In this document: positions 1 to 10,320 of the stretch, piece by piece
How the letters are laid out: each line of letters starts with the position of its first letter
Position numbering within the stretch: the first letter of the stretch is position 1
Source: a virus
Virus record (IMG/VR): IMGVR_UViG_3300009130_000021
Span: 6,796-70,795 of that record
Length of the DNA stretch: 64,000 bases
Reading direction: 5' to 3' (one strand)
Program-made: the position numbers and the translations under genes
Notes under the pieces: generated by a model
What the model saw: the letters and a program-made list of their open reading frames with translations, nothing else
The model's database searches: none
Told to the model about the DNA's origin: nothing

Positions 1-1208
1 GTTGCTCCAATAGATGATGAAATTTCGTAAACTAATTCAGCATCTGCTGGCTTACAGTAGCTTAATTGATCGATTAAAGGAGTAGCTGCTGCAACAGTAG
101 TTCCATCAGTTTCATATCCTCCGTCATCAACTGAGTAAGCTAATTCATCAAATCCATGACCTACTAAATCAACTCTATGTGTTCCTACGTTAGTATCACT
201 AAATGTATTTTCTTCTAAATCAATTAAATCTAATTTATCAGTATCAAGTGCACATAAAACTCCAGTAGTTGGGAATGCTCTATTTACCAATAAATCGATA
301 GAAATTGAATTTCCACTCTGATCAATGAAATCAGGAATTAAACATCCAATAGTTCTATTAACTACGCTAACTTCTCTTAATGCGAAGAAATCGCTTGATT
401 TTGACTCAATTAAACCAGTTTCATCGAAGAACTGCTTGTAGATAGGATCTTTAGATAACTTTAAATAGTTACTCCAGTCTCCACTTACAACCATTACTTC
501 AACCATGTAGTCTGAAATAAAATCGTCTTCATGTACGTAAGTTGGGAAATCAATATCATTTCCTCCACCTACAGTGTTGTACCATTCTTTAGCTGTTACA
601 TCAAATCCTGTTGTTGTAGCTTTTCTAGTCCAAACAGTAACGTTGTTCTTTCCAGTGTTAACAAATGATAATAACTTGTTAGAATCAATTGAAGTCTGTC
701 CGAATCCTCCAGGATTAGTAATGAAATCGTCTCCTAAAACAATGTTCTTAGTTTTATTCAATTGCTCATCACTAGCAAACCATAATCTTCTTCTGTTAAA
801 GAAATCAATTAATGGATTTTTTATTGGGTTAGTGTTAGCATTGTTAGATGCAGCTTCAGTATTGAAAGTAGTGAAATATACTTGATCTAAATTAGAAAGA
901 GCATCTTCTTCATTATCAATAGGTAAAACATTCAATGCAAAAACTGGACCTTCTCTTAAAGCAACTTCAATTGCTCTATGGAAGTAACTTCCTGCTTTTT
1001 CAAGTTTAGAATCAATATCGCCAAACACTGCTTTTAATGTTCTTAAATCGTTTATTAATACCACCGTATTAAAAGGTCCTATTCTACTTGAACCTACTAT
1101 AAGCCTTCCAGTTGTAATGGGAAGAGCTAAATTCTCACTCTGACCGACCTCGATAGTGTAAACTCCACTAGCTTTAAAGTCATTCAAGTTAATAATTCTT
1201 CCAGCCAT
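1..1208 (-). CDS. Tail sheath protein (gp18-like), runs off the window start
   Basis: Not in the ORF track because it is truncated. ATG at 1208 reads MAGRIINLNDFKASGVYTIEV...GSSRIGPFNTVVLI...FG; the GVY.IE and GPFN motifs are typical of sheath N-termini. ATAAATA at 1230-1236 upstream. Confidence 0.85.
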   Translation of the reverse strand, partial: MAGRIINLNDFKASGVYTIEVGQSENLALPITTGRLIVGSSRIGPFNTVVLINDLRTLKAVFGDIDSKLEKAGSYFHRAIEVALREGPVFALNVLPIDNEEDALSNLDQVYFTTFNTEAASNNANTNPIKNPLIDFFNRRRLWFASDEQLNKTKNIVLGDDFITNPGGFGQTSIDSNKLLSFVNTGKNNVTVWTRKATTTGFDVTAKEWYNTVGGGNDIDFPTYVHEDDFISDYMVEVMVVSGDWSNYLKLSKDPIYKQFFDETGLIESKSSDFFALREVSVVNRTIGCLIPDFIDQSGNSISIDLLVNRAFPTTGVLCALDTDKLDLIDLEENTFSDTNVGTHRVDLVGHGFDELAYSVDDGGYETDGTTVAAATPLIDQLSYCKPADAELVYEISSSIGA

Positions 1209-1327
1209 GCTATAAAGATATTTTTTTATTATTTATTCGGCAGCTATTTAATAAACATAAAAATTTTATTAAATTGGAAATCGTTGCTCCATTTTTTAGT
1301 ATAAAAAAGTAAAATATTTATTGATAT

Positions 1328-1792
1328 ATGGCAAATAGTGACAATAAGTGTGCTGATTTAGAAGTTAAAGACTTCTTCACCGGTACTGTGGATACTCTAG
1401 GTCTAATCTTAGATTCTCAGAGAAAATTTCAAGAAAGATTAGGATTCGACTTTAAAGGAATGACGTTAAAACAGATCGCGGAATTCTGGATGGTTAACAA
1501 ACACGCTATGTCTGACGAGCTTAACGAAATGTTTGATGCCCTAGGAGGTATTGAAGATGGAATCGGATCGGCCGCATGGAAGTACTGGAAATCTGACAAT
1601 ATTAAAGCAGGAGACATGACAGTTGATGATCTTTCAGATAGAGACCAATTAGAATTATTTTATGAATGGATTGATGGATTAAAGTTCTACTTAAACTTTG
1701 GCCTTTCAATCGGTTTAATATCTAAAGATATAGTAAATCTCTTTATGTCAAAGAGTGCTGAAAACACAAGAAGACAAGATACGGGATACTAA
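1328..1792 (+). CDS. dCTP/dUTP pyrophosphatase, T4 gp56-like (all-alpha dimeric dUTPase family)
   Basis: DELNE...LGG...SAAWKYWK...DQLELFYEWID...RQDTGY closely parallels my recollection of T4 gp56 (SAVWKKWK...DQLEIKFELVD...RQDNGY). Confidence 0.8.
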   Translation: MANSDNKCADLEVKDFFTGTVDTLGLILDSQRKFQERLGFDFKGMTLKQIAEFWMVNKHAMSDELNEMFDALGGIEDGIGSAAWKYWKSDNIKAGDMTVDDLSDRDQLELFYEWIDGLKFYLNFGLSIGLISKDIVNLFMSKSAENTRRQDTGY

Positions 1793-1821
1793 GTATAACA
1801 ATTAAAAATAATCCAATAACT

Positions 1822-2073
1822 ATGAACGTAGTAGGAGACGGACCAGGTCAGGGACCACAAGGACCAAATGTAAATTTAGCTGAAGCAGAAGACGTAAAAT
1901 GCGAGAGTTGCGAGCATGATGTATTCGTTGAAGGCTTAATGATTAAAAAAGTATCTAAGTTTTTAACTGGAGCACCTAGAGATCAGATCTCTCCAATTCC
2001 AGTAATAGCATGCGCTAAATGTGGACATGTTAATGAAGAATTTAGACCGCAATTGAATAACTTAGCACAGTAA
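1822..2073 (+). CDS. Small zinc-ribbon protein
   Basis: CESC and CAKC pairs. Confidence 0.65.
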   Translation: MNVVGDGPGQGPQGPNVNLAEAEDVKCESCEHDVFVEGLMIKKVSKFLTGAPRDQISPIPVIACAKCGHVNEEFRPQLNNLAQ

Positions 2074-2077
2074 TTAT

Positions 2078-3502
2078 ATGATAATAGGAGTAGAAGTAAA
2101 AGACCAAGACTTAATGATTTCTTACTATGATGCAAATGGTAAGATAGATTATATTATTAAGAGACTTGCTCCACATGAAATATTTAACTGGGTTGAAAAC
2201 GATAGACCTTCTGTAGAAAGAAACTGGAATGGTACTTTTATAAAGAAGGAAAAGTCTAAACCTCAATGGTTATCTAGAACTAGAATAGAGGAACTTATAC
2301 TTGAGAAATTAACCAAAGAAGAGATTGATCTAATTTATAGTTTCGATAATCTTCCAAAAGTTAACTTCTTAGATATAGAGATCCAGTTATTAGATTCAAC
2401 TTTCCCTTATCCAGAAAAAGCTGCAATGCCAGTAAACCTTATCTCGTTCTGTAATGAAGATGGGGTTTCTTACGTATTGAGCATTATGAGATCTGAAGAC
2501 CATCCTGATGGATTGAGTCAAGATGAAATCAGAAAAATGGAAGAGGACGTTAACGCATATTTCAAAAAAGTAGTTCCGCTACAAGAAAAAGATAAAGCTT
2601 TATTTGAAACTGATTTTAAGATAAAGTATAAGTTTTTTGAAACTGAAGAGGAATTACTTACTTTCTATTTTCATCAAATAGCTCCTAAACAATCTTTAAT
2701 TACTGGATGGAATGTAATAGACTTTGACTGGCAGTATCTTATGAATAGATGTAAGAATCTAAAGATAGATCCAATGGCCAATATGGCGTCTAATAAAACA
2801 TTCTCTAAAAGACATAAGCTGCCTACTCATTTAGGAGTAATTGACTACATGGCATTTATGCAAGATCCTGGATATAAGCCATATAAAGTAGTTGAGAATT
2901 ATACTCTTGATTATATTGCTACTAGAACTCTTAATACTACAAAACTTAAGCATCCTTATGCTGACATGTTAGAGTTTCAAAAAGACGTTTATATGTTTAC
3001 CATGTATAACGTTATTGATAACTTGCTTGTAAAACTTATAGATGAGAAGTTAGGTATTATGGAAGTAGCCTTTTCCGTGGCAAATGTAGCACAGATCGAG
3101 ATCAATAAGATCTTTAGTCCAGTGCATATCACGGAAGTTCTAATGAGTAGAGAGTTTCTTGCTGATAATCGAAGAATGGCTAAAAAGCCTTATTCTGACG
3201 AAGAAGTAGATACTAAATATGAAGGTGCTTATGTAATGCCTCCAATTCCAGGATACTATAGTTTTATTTCATGTTATGACTTTAAGTCGATGTATCCGAA
3301 TATCATGATGCAATGGAATACTTGTCCATCTTCTTATGTAGGTAAAGTAGGAGAAGTTCAAAATCCTGATGGTCTTATTAGAACTAAAAACAATACTTAT
3401 TTTAGAAGTGATAAAGATTCAGTTGCAAGAACTATTCAATCAAGGTTATTTAACGCCAGAGTTGAAGCACAGGAACAAATAAAAGAATTGAAGTTTGGAT
3501 GA
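2078..3502 (+). CDS. Family B DNA polymerase, N-terminal subunit (3'-5' exonuclease plus palm motif A)
   Basis: ExoI LDIE, ExoII GWNVIDFD, ExoIII YNVID, YEGAYV, motif A YDFKSMYPNI. Ends in the fingers before motif B. Confidence 0.92.
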   Translation: MIIGVEVKDQDLMISYYDANGKIDYIIKRLAPHEIFNWVENDRPSVERNWNGTFIKKEKSKPQWLSRTRIEELILEKLTKEEIDLIYSFDNLPKVNFLDIEIQLLDSTFPYPEKAAMPVNLISFCNEDGVSYVLSIMRSEDHPDGLSQDEIRKMEEDVNAYFKKVVPLQEKDKALFETDFKIKYKFFETEEELLTFYFHQIAPKQSLITGWNVIDFDWQYLMNRCKNLKIDPMANMASNKTFSKRHKLPTHLGVIDYMAFMQDPGYKPYKVVENYTLDYIATRTLNTTKLKHPYADMLEFQKDVYMFTMYNVIDNLLVKLIDEKLGIMEVAFSVANVAQIEINKIFSPVHITEVLMSREFLADNRRMAKKPYSDEEVDTKYEGAYVMPPIPGYYSFISCYDFKSMYPNIMMQWNTCPSSYVGKVGEVQNPDGLIRTKNNTYFRSDKDSVARTIQSRLFNARVEAQEQIKELKFG

Positions 3503-4245
3503 TTAAGTTAATTAAAAGACTATGGTCATTTATATTTAAAAATAATAAAAAAGATATGTTTAATGAAAACGAATTAATTTCGTACAAACAGAACTTTACT
3601 GGTGAATCTTTCCAATGGATTAAGACTCATAACTCAGCTTTAATAGGAAAAGTTGTTAAATGTAGAGACGTTCAACCTCAAGGAAATACTATCGTTGCAA
3701 TATTCGACGATGGATCTAGCATTCCTGTAAGCAGACTTAATAATGATCTTATGATGATTCATGGAGATATGCAGCCTTTAACTAAGGCCGAAGTAGAAGC
3801 TATTAACGGTCCTGCTCAAACTAAACCTATGCCAGATCCTCAAAAAGCTCCAGTAGCAGAGGAAATAGTTCCATCTTTGAATGGAGCGGAGCCAACTGGT
3901 CCTGCACCGAGCGCGCCTATATCGGCTCATCCTAGAGCAGAGGAACCTAAAAAGAAAGAGAATCCTTTCAAAATGTTTAACTCAGATGAGACTGAATTCA
4001 CTTTTAAATTAAACATTAAGATTCCAGATAAGAAGTTATTAAAGATGATGTATAACAACGCAGAAAACAAAGAGGAATTCGTTGCTCAGCTTTCTGATTA
4101 CGTACATGAGTCTTTAACTAAAGATGTAATTGAATCATCTTTAAAATCGATGCTTGAGCCTAAAGCTAAAGTTAAAAAGGAAACTCCTAAAGCACCGACT
4201 GTAAATTTAATACCAATAGAAGAAAATGGAGAAGAATCTAAATAA
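3499..4245 (+). CDS. Hypothetical protein with Pro-rich linker
   Basis: Long ORF overlapping the polymerase stop (ATGA). The start could be the later MFNENE. Confidence 0.6.
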   Translation: MIKLIKRLWSFIFKNNKKDMFNENELISYKQNFTGESFQWIKTHNSALIGKVVKCRDVQPQGNTIVAIFDDGSSIPVSRLNNDLMMIHGDMQPLTKAEVEAINGPAQTKPMPDPQKAPVAEEIVPSLNGAEPTGPAPSAPISAHPRAEEPKKKENPFKMFNSDETEFTFKLNIKIPDKKLLKMMYNNAENKEEFVAQLSDYVHESLTKDVIESSLKSMLEPKAKVKKETPKAPTVNLIPIEENGEESK

Positions 4246-4753
4246 CGAAGAAGTATTTAACGACGGAAAGTACCGTGTAGTTAATGTTAAAGGAGAAAAT
4301 TTCGATCACAGAAAAGTAGTATGTAACACTGATTCAATTTGTATTATTCCATTTATTACAGTGGATAATAATATTGGAAACGTATACTTAACTAAGGTAA
4401 GTGATTACGTATCTGGAGATAGCTTCAATTCATGCATTGTTAACGATACTAAATATAACAACGACTCTGAATTCTCAGAAGTTACTTCGATAATAGCTGA
4501 CAAGCTTGGAGTTACTGATATTAACGTAGAGGATCTTTTCTTTATAGGAAAAGTTAAACATAACATGCCTTTCTATAAAGGATATAGATGCTATGGTATG
4601 AATTTAGATAATTATACCGATCAGCTTAATAGCATTAATCTAGAGGAAAAAGGATTAGAGAAAGTTAAATTTAATACTGTAGTAAACAGTGGACAATTGC
4701 ACGATTCTTTATGTCTATCTGCATCTCTACTTCTTTTATCTTACTTGAGGTAA
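4226..4753 (+). CDS. Hypothetical protein, possibly a degenerate Nudix fold
   Basis: Layout (DSICIIPF ... D..xLSA C-terminal helix) recalls ADP-ribose pyrophosphatases, but there is no Nudix box. Confidence 0.4.
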   Translation: MEKNLNNEEVFNDGKYRVVNVKGENFDHRKVVCNTDSICIIPFITVDNNIGNVYLTKVSDYVSGDSFNSCIVNDTKYNNDSEFSEVTSIIADKLGVTDINVEDLFFIGKVKHNMPFYKGYRCYGMNLDNYTDQLNSINLEEKGLEKVKFNTVVNSGQLHDSLCLSASLLLLSYLR

Positions 4754-4803
4754 AACTATTGAATTGATCAATAGTATTTAATAAAAAATAAACAATCATT
4801 TTT

Positions 4804-6015
4804 ATGAGTAGTAAGGATTTAATTGCAGCGTTTGGAAAGTTCAATGAGGGCTTAGAAAAAACGACTAAAAAGAGAGTCAAGCTTAAAGGATTCTCTGACA
4901 TTACTGAGTATATTAGCTCAGGAAACTTATTATTAAATGCTCAGTTATCTGGGTCTTTAAGAGGAGGATTTCCTAATGCACGTAGTGTAGGTTTAGGTGG
5001 AGATTCTGGAGCAGGTAAAACATTCCTTTGTTTGAATGCTATTAAGAATGCTCAAGAAATGGGGTACGCAGTATTCTATATTGATACAGAGGGAGCATTA
5101 GATAAAAAAGATTTCTCAAACTTTGGTATCAATATGGATCTTATGAAATATGTTCGTATCGGAGTTATATCAGAAGTTAAATTCTATGTTAATGACATTA
5201 TTAAAATGTCTGAAGAAAATCCAGGTCTTAAAATGTTAATCGTAGTAGATTCATTAACTCACTTGGAAACTAACAAAGAGGTTGACGATAGAGCTAAGGG
5301 TAACAATGCTCAGGACATGGGACTTAGAGCTAAAGAGCTTAGACAATTATTTAAGTCTTTCACGTTAGATTTATCTAACTTAAAGATTCCTTTGATCTTT
5401 ACATCTCACACTTACTCAAGTCAAGATCAATATACTCCAAAGCAAATGTCTGGAGGTGGAGGTCCACTATATTCTGCTTCAATCGTAGCTTTATTATCTA
5501 AAGGTAGATTACATAACGATAATGATATTACTAGTTCAGAATCTGGAAAGACTAGAACAGGAGTTATCGTTAGATCTAAAATGGATAAGAACCGTTTAGC
5601 TAAACCTGAGGATATTGAATTCCATATCTCATTCCATAAAGGTATGAATCCATATGTAGGATTACAGGATTACATCTCATGGGAAGGTTGTGGAATAGCA
5701 AGAGGTAATAAGCTTACTGAAAAAGAATTCTCTAAACTAAAAGGAGCAGACTCTGAGAAATGTTCTCCTTTTGAAGTTGACGGTGAGAAATTCTATTTCT
5801 TACCTAAAGAATCTGCTAGAAACTATGTAAATAAATGGAATGGAGAATTAATTCCATGGAGAGAGGTTTTCACTGATAAAGTATTTACTGAAAAAGTAAT
5901 TGAACAATTAGATGAAAACGTTATTATGCCTAAATTCAAATACAGCAGTCTTGCTGAAATTGAAGAGGATGAGTTAAACGATTTACATGGTGAGATTAGC
6001 GATGATGAAAATTAA
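4804..6015 (+). CDS. uvsX: RecA/UvsX recombinase
   Basis: Walker A GDSGAGKT, YIDTEG, IVVDSL, SGGGGPLYSAS. Confidence 0.92.
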   Translation: MSSKDLIAAFGKFNEGLEKTTKKRVKLKGFSDITEYISSGNLLLNAQLSGSLRGGFPNARSVGLGGDSGAGKTFLCLNAIKNAQEMGYAVFYIDTEGALDKKDFSNFGINMDLMKYVRIGVISEVKFYVNDIIKMSEENPGLKMLIVVDSLTHLETNKEVDDRAKGNNAQDMGLRAKELRQLFKSFTLDLSNLKIPLIFTSHTYSSQDQYTPKQMSGGGGPLYSASIVALLSKGRLHNDNDITSSESGKTRTGVIVRSKMDKNRLAKPEDIEFHISFHKGMNPYVGLQDYISWEGCGIARGNKLTEKEFSKLKGADSEKCSPFEVDGEKFYFLPKESARNYVNKWNGELIPWREVFTDKVFTEKVIEQLDENVIMPKFKYSSLAEIEEDELNDLHGEISDDEN

Positions 6016-6331
6016 TAAACAGCTACCTATTAAATATCATCTAAATCTTCATTTATCTGGAGACTCCATTAATGAAGATTCAATAATGTTCGAAATAGTC
6101 AGGTATTTAGTCAATCAACTTAATAAGAAAGACGATCCTGACTATTCAAACATTAAATTTACATCTAAAACTCTAAAATATGTTTTTGGAGATAGGATGA
6201 AAGAAGATGAGTTCAAAAATTTAGTCATAAAAATATTAAAAAATAATATAAGTATTGGTATGATTGAAACAAAGAACAAAAACCTGCTAGTGACGGATAA
6301 GTTGCTTTCTAAATTTTACGTTAATAAATGA
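5987..6331 (+). CDS. Hypothetical protein
   Basis: ORF between uvsX and the helicase, overlapping both; start uncertain. Confidence 0.55.
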   Translation: MVRLAMMKINKQLPIKYHLNLHLSGDSINEDSIMFEIVRYLVNQLNKKDDPDYSNIKFTSKTLKYVFGDRMKEDEFKNLVIKILKNNISIGMIETKNKNLLVTDKLLSKFYVNK

Positions 6332-7878
6332 TAGATTTTTCAGAAAATATTGACTCGTTAGAGCTAATGGTGTGGAACTTTATTTTAAATCCGGACAATG
6401 AATCTAATGTGTTGAAACCAGCAAATCACGAATCATTATCAAGAGAGGAATTAATCACTAGAATAGCACCTAAGTATTTTAATCACGAAAATAGATTTGA
6501 AACTTATAAGTTTGCTCTTAAATTCTATAAGGAATATACAAAGGTTCCAAATAAAAAGGAATTAAGAAGTTATTTAGAAGTTCATAACTGTTTTATTGAA
6601 GAAGACGAGTTAGAAGATTTATACTTATTCAACTTATCTGAATACAATTACGATTATCTTTATAGTTACGTTAAGGCTTTCATTATGTTAAGAAACCTTA
6701 ATCTTACTATGTTTGATATGATCGCATATCTTAAAACAGCGTCTATCAATCCAACTAATATTGATACTATTACTGAGAAGATTAGAAATGATATTAACAA
6801 CAAATTATCTCTAGACTTTTCAAATGCTGGAAAAGGATTAAACTTTATGGATCCTGCTTCTCACGTTCAGATTCCAAAAGTAGGTACTCCTAGTGGATTT
6901 GATTTCTTTGACAAGACTCAAGGAGGAGGTTGGAACCTTAAAACATTAGTTGTATTCCAAGGTAGACCTAAAGTAGGTAAGTCTATGGTATTAGGTAATG
7001 TTGCAGCTAGATCTTTCCTTTCTGGAAATAATACAGGCTTAGTTACAGTAGAGTTAGCTGATCGTAGTTATATGAAACGTATAGGTTCTGGTATTCTTGA
7101 GATTAAGAAAGAAGATTACGAAGTAATTAACGATATCGAAAGTGCAGGATTAATCAAAGATAAATTACAAGCACTTAAAGATTCAGGTCAGAAAATAGGA
7201 CATTTAGAAGTAGTTGAATTCCCAACAGGTGGAGCTACTGCTATTGACATAGAAAACTATTTCCTTAGATTAGAATCTCAAATGAATCAGAAGTTTAAAG
7301 TAATCGTAGTTGACTACTTGAACTTATTAAAGCCAATCAAAGACGAGTCCGGTCTTTATGAAAAAGTAAAGATGATTTGTGAGCAACTTAGAGGAGTTGC
7401 AATGAGAAATGAATGGTGTATCGTATCAGCTACTCAGATTAGAAGAGACGATGTAGAGAACTTTGACTTAGGAATGGATTCGGTTGCTGAATCATTTGGA
7501 TTAGTACACACAGTAGATGCTCTTTATGGATTAATGAGAAGTCCACTTGAAGGTAGAATGAAGATCAAAGTAATCGCTAACAGAGATAACGGTTACGAAG
7601 AAAGTTATAAGTTCTACGCTATGCATAAGGATTATTTCAAATTAATAGAAGAAACTACTCCTAATAGCGAATACTATAGCGATGATGATATTGCTAATCA
7701 ATTACAAGATCAGATTAGACAGGAGACGCAAAAAGCTTTAAATAAAGCTCCAGTGACTGAGCCATCTGCTCAAACTGAAGCTCCAAAGGAACAGCCTGTT
7801 CAAGAGGCTGAGAAAGAGGATGGAAAAACTCAGAATCTTTCAGACGATGATTACGACGCATTGTTCGAATCATTGTAA
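6328..7878 (+). CDS. Replicative DnaB-type helicase (gp41-like)
   Basis: GRPKVGKS, VVDYLNL, SATQ, AESFG. Confidence 0.92.
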   Translation: MIDFSENIDSLELMVWNFILNPDNESNVLKPANHESLSREELITRIAPKYFNHENRFETYKFALKFYKEYTKVPNKKELRSYLEVHNCFIEEDELEDLYLFNLSEYNYDYLYSYVKAFIMLRNLNLTMFDMIAYLKTASINPTNIDTITEKIRNDINNKLSLDFSNAGKGLNFMDPASHVQIPKVGTPSGFDFFDKTQGGGWNLKTLVVFQGRPKVGKSMVLGNVAARSFLSGNNTGLVTVELADRSYMKRIGSGILEIKKEDYEVINDIESAGLIKDKLQALKDSGQKIGHLEVVEFPTGGATAIDIENYFLRLESQMNQKFKVIVVDYLNLLKPIKDESGLYEKVKMICEQLRGVAMRNEWCIVSATQIRRDDVENFDLGMDSVAESFGLVHTVDALYGLMRSPLEGRMKIKVIANRDNGYEESYKFYAMHKDYFKLIEETTPNSEYYSDDDIANQLQDQIRQETQKALNKAPVTEPSAQTEAPKEQPVQEAEKEDGKTQNLSDDDYDALFESL

Positions 7879-7893
7879 AATAATAACTAACTA

Positions 7894-8457
7894 ATGGAAG
7901 ATAATCAAGATGATTTATCTAAAAAAGAAGAAATAAGAGATAAGGTTAGGAATGATAAGATATTCAATAATGGATATAAATCAGGAGAAGGCCTAAAAGA
8001 AGATGGAGAATATCAATATTATTCTACCATTTCAGTTAACTCAAACTATTCAGACAAGTATTTAAGAGATATTTACGACTATGAAGAAACTCTAGATTAT
8101 AATATAGGAGTATCTAAAATATTCGATTTAATAGATTCAGATCCTGAATTAAGAAGTTTACTTAAAAAACTAGACACTAATACTAAAATAAAACTTTCTA
8201 AGGAAGAAATTAATTGGTGTTTTAATAGAATTCTTTCTAGAATGGAAGAAGCTGTTGAAGGAGAAAAGTTTTATAATCCGATATACGTACTAGAAGTAAT
8301 ATCATCTATTTTAAACTTTAGCTCTGGCGATAGTATTAAAAGTTATAAGAAAGTATTTGACTGTTTAGATGTCGAATTACAACAAGAATTAATAGTTGAG
8401 TTAGATAAGAAATATAATTTCCTTGACTCTAAGTTGAACAGAAGAAGAATTCATTAA
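7894..8457 (+). CDS. Hypothetical protein
   Basis: ORF coupled to the next gene by TAATG. Confidence 0.6.
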   Translation: MEDNQDDLSKKEEIRDKVRNDKIFNNGYKSGEGLKEDGEYQYYSTISVNSNYSDKYLRDIYDYEETLDYNIGVSKIFDLIDSDPELRSLLKKLDTNTKIKLSKEEINWCFNRILSRMEEAVEGEKFYNPIYVLEVISSILNFSSGDSIKSYKKVFDCLDVELQQELIVELDKKYNFLDSKLNRRRIH

Positions 8458-9575
8458 TGAAATTAGACGGTATAAGGTATATTTACCTACTTGGAGATTT
8501 ACACTTTGGTGTTAAAAACAATTCGATTGACCAGTATGAAATTCAAAAGGATTTCCTGGTCAATTGGTTTATTAAGCAGATCACTGATCAAGGATTTGAT
8601 CCAGATAAAGATGTTTTATTTCAAGCAGGCGATTGGAACCATGTTAGAGAATCTACTAACAATAGAGTTTCTAATTTACAATTAGAAATATTTGACAAAT
8701 TAACAAAGATCTTTAAAAGAGGAATCCATATTATTTTAGGAAACCACGATGTTTACTATAAAGATAGAAATGACATTCATTCTTTAAAGCAAATTGATCT
8801 TTTATACGAAGGAGTAAAGATCTACGAAAAACCTGAATTACTTGTTGTAAATGGATCACATAAGTTTTTAATGTTGCCTTGGGAAAACGATGATGAAACT
8901 ATTACTAAAATAGTTAAGTCTGCTTCTAAAACTGCTGACTATATTCTATGTCACGCTGATATTAAAAGTTTTAAGCTTAATAAATTCCAGAGTATTGAAC
9001 ATGGATTAAATCCGTTGAATCTAAAGGACTTTAAGAAGATTTATTCAGGACATATTCATATTAGACAATCTAAGGATAATATGGTATATGTAGGAACACC
9101 TTACCATTTAGACCGAGGAGACTGTGGAAATACTAAAGGTTTTTATAGACTAGATGTTTCAGGAGACGAAATCAAGGAAGACTTCTTTGAAAATACATAT
9201 TCTCCTAAATACGTTAAGTATTCGATACGAGAACTATTGGAAATGAATACTGATGAAATAACTAATATATTCACCAATAATTTTGTTGATATTCTTATTG
9301 ACAGTGAAATGTCTAAAACCTTTCCTTTAACTAACTTCATTGAACTAATAGAAGAGTGTGGTCATCGTACTTTAGAATTTATTCCTTTTACTAACAATCG
9401 AGAAAGAAAAGAAGATGAGGTTATCTTAGATGATAATTATGAGTATAATATATTTGAAATACTTGATCTGTACTTAAAGAGTAGAGAAGTTCCTCATACT
9501 GTATCAGAAAAAGTAATTGAAAAATTTACTAACGCTTATAATAGAGCAAAAAACAAAGAAAAGGAATATGAATAA
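8457..9575 (+). CDS. Mre11/SbcD-like recombination nuclease (gp47-like)
   Basis: GDLHFG, GDW, GNHD, SGHIH metallophosphoesterase motifs. Confidence 0.92.
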   Translation: MKLDGIRYIYLLGDLHFGVKNNSIDQYEIQKDFLVNWFIKQITDQGFDPDKDVLFQAGDWNHVRESTNNRVSNLQLEIFDKLTKIFKRGIHIILGNHDVYYKDRNDIHSLKQIDLLYEGVKIYEKPELLVVNGSHKFLMLPWENDDETITKIVKSASKTADYILCHADIKSFKLNKFQSIEHGLNPLNLKDFKKIYSGHIHIRQSKDNMVYVGTPYHLDRGDCGNTKGFYRLDVSGDEIKEDFFENTYSPKYVKYSIRELLEMNTDEITNIFTNNFVDILIDSEMSKTFPLTNFIELIEECGHRTLEFIPFTNNRERKEDEVILDDNYEYNIFEILDLYLKSREVPHTVSEKVIEKFTNAYNRAKNKEKEYE

Positions 9576-10311
9576 GGTAATTATTTTGTTAACTGGATGG
9601 CTTTTAGTATTATCGATAACGTCATTTAAATTTGATGATACTACAAATGATGTGGTATCTAAAAAAATTGAAATCGCAGATTCTCTAGATACGAATAATC
9701 AAATAATTAATAAGCAAGGATTCATTCTATCTTATAACGAATTACATGAGCAACCTAATTGGGTGTTCTATAAGTTATTTCCTTCTGATTTAAACTGCTT
9801 AGATAAAGCAACTAGAAAGAATAAGTTTAAATCAGATATAGATATAACTACTGGATCTGCTTCATTAGAAGATTATAAAGGATCAGGATACGATAGAGGA
9901 CATTTAAAGCCTTCTGCCGATGAGACTTGTAATCAGGACCTAATGAACGAAACTTTCTTAATGTCTAATATGTCTCCTCAACATCCTAGTTTTAATAGAG
10001 GAATATGGAAGAGCTTAGAGTCACACGTAAGGGATCTTGTTAAAGACTACGATAGTTTATATGTATACACCGCTGGAGTTCTCTCAAATAACCTCAGTAC
10101 AATAGGAGACAATAAAGTCACCGTTCCCAATATGTACTATAAGATAGTTTATGTATTTAATGAAGGTGATATTTATACAGAAGCTTATTTAATTCCAAAT
10201 AAGAAGAGTGTAGAACCTTATAAATATTACGCAACAACTATTTCTGCAATAGAAGACGTAACTGGAATAGATTTCCCTGGAGTCTCTATTTCATTCACAA
10301 TTCCAAAATAA
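9568..10311 (+). CDS. DNA/RNA non-specific endonuclease (NucA/EndoG family) with signal peptide
   Basis: YDRGHL, SNMSPQ, FNRGIWKSLE. Start moved to ATG 9568, giving MNKVIILLTGWLLVLSITS. Confidence 0.9.
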   Translation: MNKVIILLTGWLLVLSITSFKFDDTTNDVVSKKIEIADSLDTNNQIINKQGFILSYNELHEQPNWVFYKLFPSDLNCLDKATRKNKFKSDIDITTGSASLEDYKGSGYDRGHLKPSADETCNQDLMNETFLMSNMSPQHPSFNRGIWKSLESHVRDLVKDYDSLYVYTAGVLSNNLSTIGDNKVTVPNMYYKIVYVFNEGDIYTEAYLIPNKKSVEPYKYYATTISAIEDVTGIDFPGVSISFTIPK

Positions 10312-10320
10312 CACACTTTA

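Noticed and set aside
574-885. Plus-strand 103-aa ORF and other short antisense ORFs in the track (e.g. 33092, 35515, 24822, 52616, 61968)
   Set aside because: They are shadows opposite, or out of frame within, well-supported genes.
3400-3502. Pseudogene or stop-codon readthrough of the polymerase N-half
   Set aside because: The missing motifs are present intact at 51869-53434, and the downstream sequence is a separate overlapping gene.
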